Below are positions 56,729 through 64,000 of a stretch of 64,000 nt of DNA, one piece after another. Below the pieces are notes generated by a model, which saw only the letters and a program-made list of their open reading frames with translations, was not told the origin of the DNA and made no database searches. Made by a program: the position numbers and the translations under genes. Source of the stretch: Amoebidium appalachense (taxonomy: Eukaryota > Protista > Ichthyosporea). The DNA is taken from contig CAVNZM010000007.1 of assembly GCA_963693365.1 (NCBI GenBank), positions 7,127,962 through 7,191,961 on the forward strand, given 5' to 3'. The first letter of the stretch is position 1. The number at the start of each line of letters is the position of its first letter.

Positions 56729-57432
56729 AAATACTCGTGAATGATCGCTTCTTTATCTGGGAAATGTGTAACATGGCAACACAAAACCAAACCCTCCCAA
56801 CCACTCGGCTTCCCCTACCATCCCTGCCCGCACATGGGAACAGACCGCCCGAACGATCCGTGTTCACTTAGTCCACTATGCTCCACAGCCGAGTCCAAGA
56901 ATCCCCCACTCTAACCATTGACACACACACACGCAAAAGAATTCGTGCCCACCCGGAAGCGATATTCCTGACAAGTACACAAACAACAACATCACAGCCA
57001 AAAGAGCTAGCAGCCATGTGCAAATCTGCACGCGCACACACGTCGACTACCCAGTCTCATGCGGGAGCAGGTGCAGAAGCAAACAAACAAGATTTACACA
57101 GGTAAAGCATGCACAAGATCTTTGTACATACTCCATACCGGGACGAAATTCTCGGACACAGAAACAGGCAACGTGCACAGATTCAGAAAGGAGAAACGCT
57201 CACTTCGCAACAACCACAAACCAATACATGCAGATTCGCAAGAATGTAACAAAACGCACAGATGCCCACGGACCACCCACACCAACGCACGCATGCACAC
57301 ACGCACGAGCGCACGCACAAAACACACACACGTAGCACAAGTGGTCGTGCGTGCCACTTACTTTCTTTCTTCATGGTCGAAGCGTTTACCATAGCGCTTC
57401 TGCGCCAACTCAATGTACTCGTTCTGAGGCAT
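50880..57432 (-). CDS. NSA2: Ribosome biogenesis protein NSA2 (260 aa)
   Basis: Exons 57432-57362, 56196-56077, 54977-54800, 54529-54472, 53028-52793, 50999-50880 (783 nt). MPQNEYIE...[23 protein letters not shown]...[21 protein letters not shown]; GCCGCC Kozak context. Confidence 0.98.
51297..52205. mobile_element. Non-autonomous PIF/Harbinger (Tourist-like) element in NSA2 intron 5
   Basis: TAA-GGGCGTGTTTGACAGC...GCTGCCAAACACGCCC-TAA (TIR match 15/16, TAA TSD). Additional inner TIRs at ~51418-51427 and 52111-52123. Confidence 0.8.
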
Positions 57433-59819
57433 GGCGGCGGTTGGGCTGCTTACAGCTCAGCCCTTGCTTCCTAGTTTAACTGGTATATAGTTCTAAATGC
57501 CCACACAAACCCCAGGTGGGGCTAAACCGAGAACTGCGTTGCTCACAAGAAGCCCGTGTCTTGGAATCTCCTCCAGATTTTCTCTTTCTGCTGGAATAAC
57601 GGAACTAAAACGAAGTCGCTAAAAAGAGAGCAACGAAGACCAATTTGCCGAAAATAAATGGGCTAAAGCTCCTAAACTGTAACTTATATGCTAAACAGTT
57701 AACCTCAAAACACCATGGTTTCATACGTCTAGTCCGCCCCCTTTTCCCGCCTAAAAGACAGACATGAACGTACATGTGGGTGAGCAGTGAACACAGAAGG
57801 CCTTGTGACGTTCAGGTGTACTGAATGTGGAATGGGTCATACAAGCAAGTTTAAAAATGTTATTTAACATTGTTGATTTGTGAGAATGTTTTAAACAAAA
57901 TCATATACGTTTTGATTAGTTAAAGATCATGGCACTAATGACCTATGAAAGCACACGTGCAACGGCCGCCAGCCAAATCGCGGTGCACTGCTACCCTGTG
58001 TATATGCAAACTTTGATATGTATTTCTGTATGTTTAAACGCTAAACTCTCCTAAACGCTATAACTTTATGACTTATATACAGATGTTAAGTATGAAATGA
58101 AAGATAAACTGCCATATACAGCTCCAAAGGCGATTTGAGTTCGTGGACACCGTGCTGGTGTTGTGCGCTTATCTCATCTTAATCACCAATCAAAACACTA
58201 AAGTTATGCCCTAATATGGCAATCCGACAAAACATCCCACAATCAAACACAAAAACAGCTTTGGTACCGTACTTTTCGGCCGCCAGAGTGAAGGTTACGT
58301 CTTTAGGGTCAAACCTACAGACTGCAACATACGTATTATACGATATTACCACGATGAGGACATGCCTCACGGGCAGGCACAGAATGCCTGATTAGGCACA
58401 GATATCTTAGTGGTAACCCTCCTTCCTGGCATCAACTTGCAGCTAAAACAATCGTGATGATCCTCTCCCCGTCCACACGCTTTTTCCTATGGGACCAAAG
58501 TGAGAGTGTCCGATTGTGTACGTGTCTCGGAAATTACAACTCAGGCAGCATCAACAGAATGCTTTTCCTCTGTTTTCCCGCCTGCTCTCAAGTGTACGTA
58601 CGTACGTGGTGCCCGCCGGAATGATTGGGGCCATAAGGATGTCCGTGGTTGCCTTTGTCGGGTGTGCACATGTGTGTGTGTGTGTTAGCAATTCTGTACC
58701 GTGTTTTGCGGGCCCGGGAATATGTTGTTTAGATCGCAAAATACTTCAGCCCCATGCAGGTTGAATGATTCTGCCTTTGCAAAACATCTTGCACGCACGG
58801 CAGAGCAACCGTTAACAAAAGTTCAATTCACTTTTTTCTTTCAAATTCTCCGATATGCGTACTCGGTGGCGTCACAATTGGGGCCATGGGGATCGGATGC
58901 CCGGGGTTGCCTTCATCTTGTACGTGCTGTTGCGTGTTCTGTTGTCTGTATATTCATATGTTTGTGTGTGTGTATGCCACGGCTCGCGTGCAAAATATTC
59001 TGCAAAAGCAGCCTGATGCCATTTTCTCTCTTTCCACGGTGCAGAATTGGAAGAATAAACGGCCCAACTAAAAATTAAAATATTCTGCTTTCGCAGAAAT
59101 ATAACTCTGGAGCTGTATTCTGGCCATTGAGGAGGGGGGGGGGGGGGGGTCCGTATAACGTGTATGCTGTGTGCTTCACGCGGCATTGCCTATTACGCGT
59201 ATGCACATATTTCTCGCGCGTGTGTTTTTTATGCCATGCGACACCCCGTGAATGTGTGCACGTGTGTGGCATGACTCGTGGGTAGGGTTGTGAGTGTATC
59301 CATATGTAGACGTGCGTGTATTTATGTGTATCGTGATGCTCTTTTATTTTGTGTTTGCCCATGTGCATATGTCACGGACCGGTGTCTTAGTGTGTGGGGA
59401 CATGCCACTGTGAGTGTCTGGGGCATGCGTACAAGTGTGTCTGTGTCACTGTCCCCTGTGGCCATGAATAGTTCGTGTGACACCGCGCGCGTGCACAATA
59501 TTTCAGTGCCTCGTACAAAACATGTTTTCTTGTAATTTGTGCACGCGCGCGTGCTGGATTGCGTGTGCATGTGTGTGTGTGATTGCAGGTATAGTTGCTC
59601 CTCGATGCTTGACGGTTCTCTTGAGGGGCCAGAGCATGTAGATGTGCCTGCAGTGGGTGTACAATTTTCCTTATGAAGAGGTGTAAGACAGGCCATGCTG
59701 ATAATGACGACCGGCTCGGGGAGCGGGGAGCCGGGAGGGGGGGGGGGTGGTTTGAAGGATGTTATTGAGCACAACCAAACAGCATCTGGTTATTTGCATG
59801 TGGGCCACATCGTGACTGT

Positions 59820-62330
59820 TTAATACTTGGAGCCCTTGCGGCCGGACTTGGCCAGGAAGTCCGTGTGCTGCTGGTAGGGGTCCTTGATGAAGTCCGTGGG
59901 CTTCCACATGTCGGGGGTCAGGTACGTGTAGGTCTTGGTGAGGGCAGCATACACGGCCTTGGCAAAGTTGCCCTTGGTGCGGGTAGACCCGGAGGCAGCG
60001 GTGTAGCAGTCCTGTGCGGAGAAGATGTGGTTTTAGCCGTACAAACATTATGAATGGTGCATGTGGATGAGCATACCGGACAATGGTGTATGCAGGGGAA
60101 AAAAGCCGTTTTGGAGGTATGGAGTCAAAATATGTACAGAATAATGAAGTATTGGGAGAAAAAAAACTTGTTTTCACCATGTGGGGTGCCAATGCAAGCC
60201 TATGTCCTATAAGGCCAGCAAGATGTGTTCTGCTCGCATTCTTCCCCTATTGCCACACACCACACCTCCAAGACATTCCCCCCCCCCCCCCCTCCAAAAG
60301 AAAAAGCCACGAACAGGTGTCAGCAACAATCAAACGTTACACCGGCTGAGCTCATCGATCTAGGCGCCCTCCCCCCCCCTCGACCAGGGAAAAAAGGAAA
60401 ACAATTGCTTGTGAATGTGCTGAGACGGATATATGAAATTAATCCCTCCTCACACACCCAAAGAATGTCTCCCCCCCCCCCCCCCCAGTTACCAGCAAAC
60501 ATACAAAGTTACGGGCATAACAGCCTTCCCCCCCCCAAAAGCACATGTATACGCACCTCCACACCGGCCAGCTGCAGCAGCTTCTTGGGGGTACCAGCAG
60601 CCACGATGCCCGTACCCTTGGGGGCGGGGATGAGGCGCACCATGACGGAGCCGCACTTGCCCGTGACCTTGACGGGCACGGTGTGGGGCTTGCCGATCTT
60701 GTTGCCCCAGTAGCCACGGCGGATGGGAATAACGGACAGCTTGGCCAGGATGATGGCCCCACGGATGGCCGTGGCCACTTCCTTGCTGCACTTGACACCC
60801 AGACCAAGGTGGCCGTCGCTGTCACCAATCACAACAAAGGCCTTGAAGCGGGTGCGCTGACCGGCACGTGTCTGCTTCTGCACGGGCCTGTTTGCGCACA
60901 CATGTCAGTTTCATCTTCGACGAGTGGTTGCCCCCCCGCCCCCCCCCCCCAAACACAATTTTTTATATCTTTTAACGACGAAATTTAAATAAATAAAAGT
61001 ATTATGGACTTTTCTGACCTGAACATTGATTATATAGCATGTCGCCCATGGTATTGCTTCTGGGATTGTAGCAGCCCCCTACCCCCCCCCCCCCACCCCA
61101 CAACACTTGTCAAACCCACAAGGACCGGTCCAGCCAAGCCAAGACGTTCACTCGAACGGCTTTGAAAGGCCTAAACATAACCCCCACCCCCCTCACCCAA
61201 AAAAGTGGGAAAGATTGTTAAGCCCTCCCTCCCCCCTCCCGTCCCAAAAAAACACAGACCACCCGTCAGCCCACATAAACACATTTGCATGTGTTTAAAG
61301 GTACGTACATAATCTTGAGGACCTCATCCTTGAGCTTGGGCAGGAAGAAGTCAATGATCTGGTACTCCTTGACGGGCAGAGAGAACAGATAGATCTCCTC
61401 GAGCTTGCCGATCTTGCCCTCCTTGACCAGGCGGCCCAGCTTGGTCACGGGCACCCACTCCTTGTCACCGTCGTCCTAAATGCCACATATGAGAAGCATG
61501 TTCAAATGCTGAAAATGTCTGGTCGCAAAGAACTACATGAAAGCGCGGTGTTCAGATGGCAGCCATGTGCAGGAGTGCGCCCAAAAAACAAGCACGACAC
61601 GAACGGGCTCGTCTGTCTACTTGGATATGCCCGTTTTCTGCGTTGGATGCCAACCAATCTCGCCCATGTGCCGCTCGGAAGGGAAGGAAGAGGATGTGTT
61701 TACACTGTCTCGTCATCCTGGCATCTAGTGCTGTCGGCATACGTTCATGATCTCCAAAAAAAAAAAACGCATCAACTAACTTTGAATCCTATGCACACTA
61801 AAAAAAGTATAGCATGCAAGCCGGATTGTCTTCATAGACGTTGTTCTACAAGCTGTTGTTGGCTGAGTCCCTGGTTTTGCTTAGCCGGGCGAGACGGACC
61901 ACACCTCAGTGCAACGTCGCTGAGCAAGAATGTATACTCGTTTGTGCTATCTCACACTGTTGCGCACAAACACAACACGCAGACCGAACTGGGTTCTACT
62001 TACGGGCATCCTGAATCAACAACCCCGTGTTCCTCACGTCCTCTGATCTGAACCAAACACAGAACTGAAAGTGACGTGTAGACAGGCATGTGTAAGGCAG
62101 CATGAGGCAACATGTGCAGACAAAAACAGACCACAGGCAAACGCACACAAACACTTGCACCACAATCAGTACGTGCAAGTAAGTAAACGCTTTGAACTTC
62201 AGCACACAAGTCTCACCTTGCGACCACCACGGGGACCACCACGGCCACGGCCACGGCCGCGCTCACCACGACCACGGCCGAAGCCCCCGCGGAAACCTCC
62301 ACGCTCGCCACCGGTCTGAGTATCAGCCAT
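59820..62330 (-). CDS. RPS2: 40S ribosomal protein S2 (uS5), 267 aa
   Basis: Exons 62330-62217, 61475-61309, 60887-60557, 60011-59820 (804 nt). RGG-rich N-terminus, [47 protein letters not shown]. Confidence 0.99.
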
Positions 62331-62801
62331 TGCTGCAGGGCAATAATGTTCAGAAAAAATGCACGGGTTAAAACCCCACACTCATCTATACGTGTATAAG
62401 TGTGAAATGTAATTTGACTACGTGCTGAACTGTGGGATCGGTTGGCCCACGGGATCTATCTATGAGGTCTGAGCGAAGCCGGAACTCTATCCTCCCGAAT
62501 TAAATACATTTTCATTTAATTTTTCTGCAAAGTTGGCTAAGCCACATAGCGATATGCTGAAGATTGTTATGGATGGCTGTTGGATGGGTCGCTGCGCCCA
62601 GCTGTCTATCCCATACACTTCATGGAAACTCAAAAACAACCCAGCCAGCAATAACCGTTGTAGACGGCCTCTCCGTGACCCAAAACTCTTCGGAAACTCA
62701 ACGAAAAATAAGAAAAATTGCACTCTGTACAAATTTCCTATGATTGCCTACGGATCTCTACCCATTAGCTCACTGTGATGGGATCCAGTAAGGATACATA
62801 C

Positions 62802-62836
62802 GTGCGATTTTTCTCTACGAAGTGGAGAAAGAAGAA
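62802..62836 (-). promoter_or_regulatory. Putative TOP-like non-coding first exon of RPS2
   Basis: Minus strand reads TTCTTCTTTCTCC...CGCAC|GTATGT; the matching acceptor CCCTGCAG|CA-ATG lies just before the start codon (intron 62801-62333). Confidence 0.55.
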
Positions 62837-63000
62837 CGTAGACTTGGACACACAGAGGCATATGTAGCCGGTCTGTGATGCAAAATAGACCAATCAACGT
62901 AGAGTACGCTTGTGATTGGCTTGTTAGGCACCCATCCACATTCCAATCCGATAAAAGGAACGCCGGGCCGGATTGATCAGTCAGCACTGTGCACCAGGAC

Positions 63001-63031
63001 CACGGCCCTCTAGAGTTTCTAGATGGCCGTG
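63001..63031. mobile_element. 31-bp palindromic insertion with an 8-bp TSD (hAT-like micro-element)
   Basis: ACCAGGAC [CACGGCCCTCTAGA GTT TCTAGATGGCCGTG] ACCAGGAC; arms match 13/14. Confidence 0.6.
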
Positions 63032-64000
63032 ACCAGGACGCAGCACACAGAGAATGATTTGTGAAGCAGCTTCAACAAAGGAACAGCTGGCAATGAACTT
63101 AGTAGGGCTGCAGTAGTGAGTGAATCGTGACTGAAACTGGCGCTCTACTATGTGTGTCTGCCATATGTTGATTTTTTTTTTTTCGTCTTTATTTAGCTAC
63201 ATGTACACATTCGTTTTACTCTGTCTTTTTTACCATCGACATCGTTTGCAGTCCGGATCCGTCGCCATGGGCTACGTAGCGTACTACGGTAGATCAGTGG
63301 AAATCTGCAGGAGTGAACCGTTGAGAGCGAACAAATCCTAGTACCGGCACACCGCTTATGTATGCTGTTTTTACTCATGTGAGTATGCACGTGCAATTGC
63401 GTGTGTCACAGGACAGCATGCGTGCACGTGCTGCCAGCTACCTGCCTGGACGTGTGTCTGGGTGCCTGACTATGCGCGGGTGCCTGGTAGTGTGTGCCTC
63501 AGGCTTTTCGTCATATCGACTATTTGTTGGTGCCTATATGTCTATACGTGGTTTTGTAAAACATGAATAAGCCAACGAATTCACTGAATGTATGTGTATA
63601 CGTACACGTATAATATACGAATGATATCGATAAGCCAGTGAATTCGTTGTGCACGGGGCTGTATATGTTCAGGCCACGAAGCAAGCGTGTCAACAACAAC
63701 TGCCTGAGCCACACCGCTGAATTCTACACGTGCGGGGTCAACGCCAGTATTCTCCTATGATGTTGAATGAGCCCACCAACCCCTCAATTTCTGGTTGTGT
63801 AAAGTTTCACGCCATGCCATAGATTCTGTGACATGTACAAGGGTAATTACGGGAAACATTTCCCACGGAACGTACCAGTCGTTTCTACAATGCAGACAAC
63901 AGTGGAACCAGGAAACTGTGCGGCATACAGCACTTATGGTCAGAGATTTATTTTTCCTATGCCGAGGCAATACACATCAGACCACGGCGTCGGTGCACAA

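Noticed and set aside
57742-57751. E2F-like TTTTCCCGCC upstream of NSA2
   Set aside because: A short motif also present at unrelated positions (25663, 29384); not supportable alone.
58320-59680. Possible plus-strand exons between NSA2 and RPS2
   Set aside because: Splice-like sites exist, but there is no consistent frame or recognisable protein.

Overview
This is an intron-rich eukaryotic window, probably from an opisthokont protist (inferred from RPS2/NSA2 sequence style and fungal-like CTRAC branch points). Introns and intergenic DNA are saturated with (CA/TG)n, (GA/CT)n and very long poly-G/poly-C tracts, so most ORFs in the supplied track are repeat artefacts. Manual splicing with GT-AG sites and consistent phases gives eight genes: (1) the 3' part of a SWIM-zinc-finger gene; (2) a 701-aa protein with a PB1 domain, acidic linker, degenerate septin domain, one TM helix and a Cys-heptad coiled coil, which is the most unusual object here; (3) a GT61 glycosyltransferase; (4) a METTL24/Methyltransf_22 methyltransferase; (5) a small putative secreted precursor; (6) an NXPE/PC-esterase-like SGNH acyltransferase; (7) NSA2; (8) RPS2. 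Genes 3, 4 and 6 are type II membrane enzymes and may form a glycan-decoration cluster. Mobile and repeat features include a solo LTR with a 5-bp TSD, a composite Harbinger/Tourist element, a 31-bp palindrome with an 8-bp TSD, a MITE and a 45-bp hairpin minisatellite. No CRISPR, rRNA or tRNA is supported. Family assignments come from motif recognition by eye, not from database searches.
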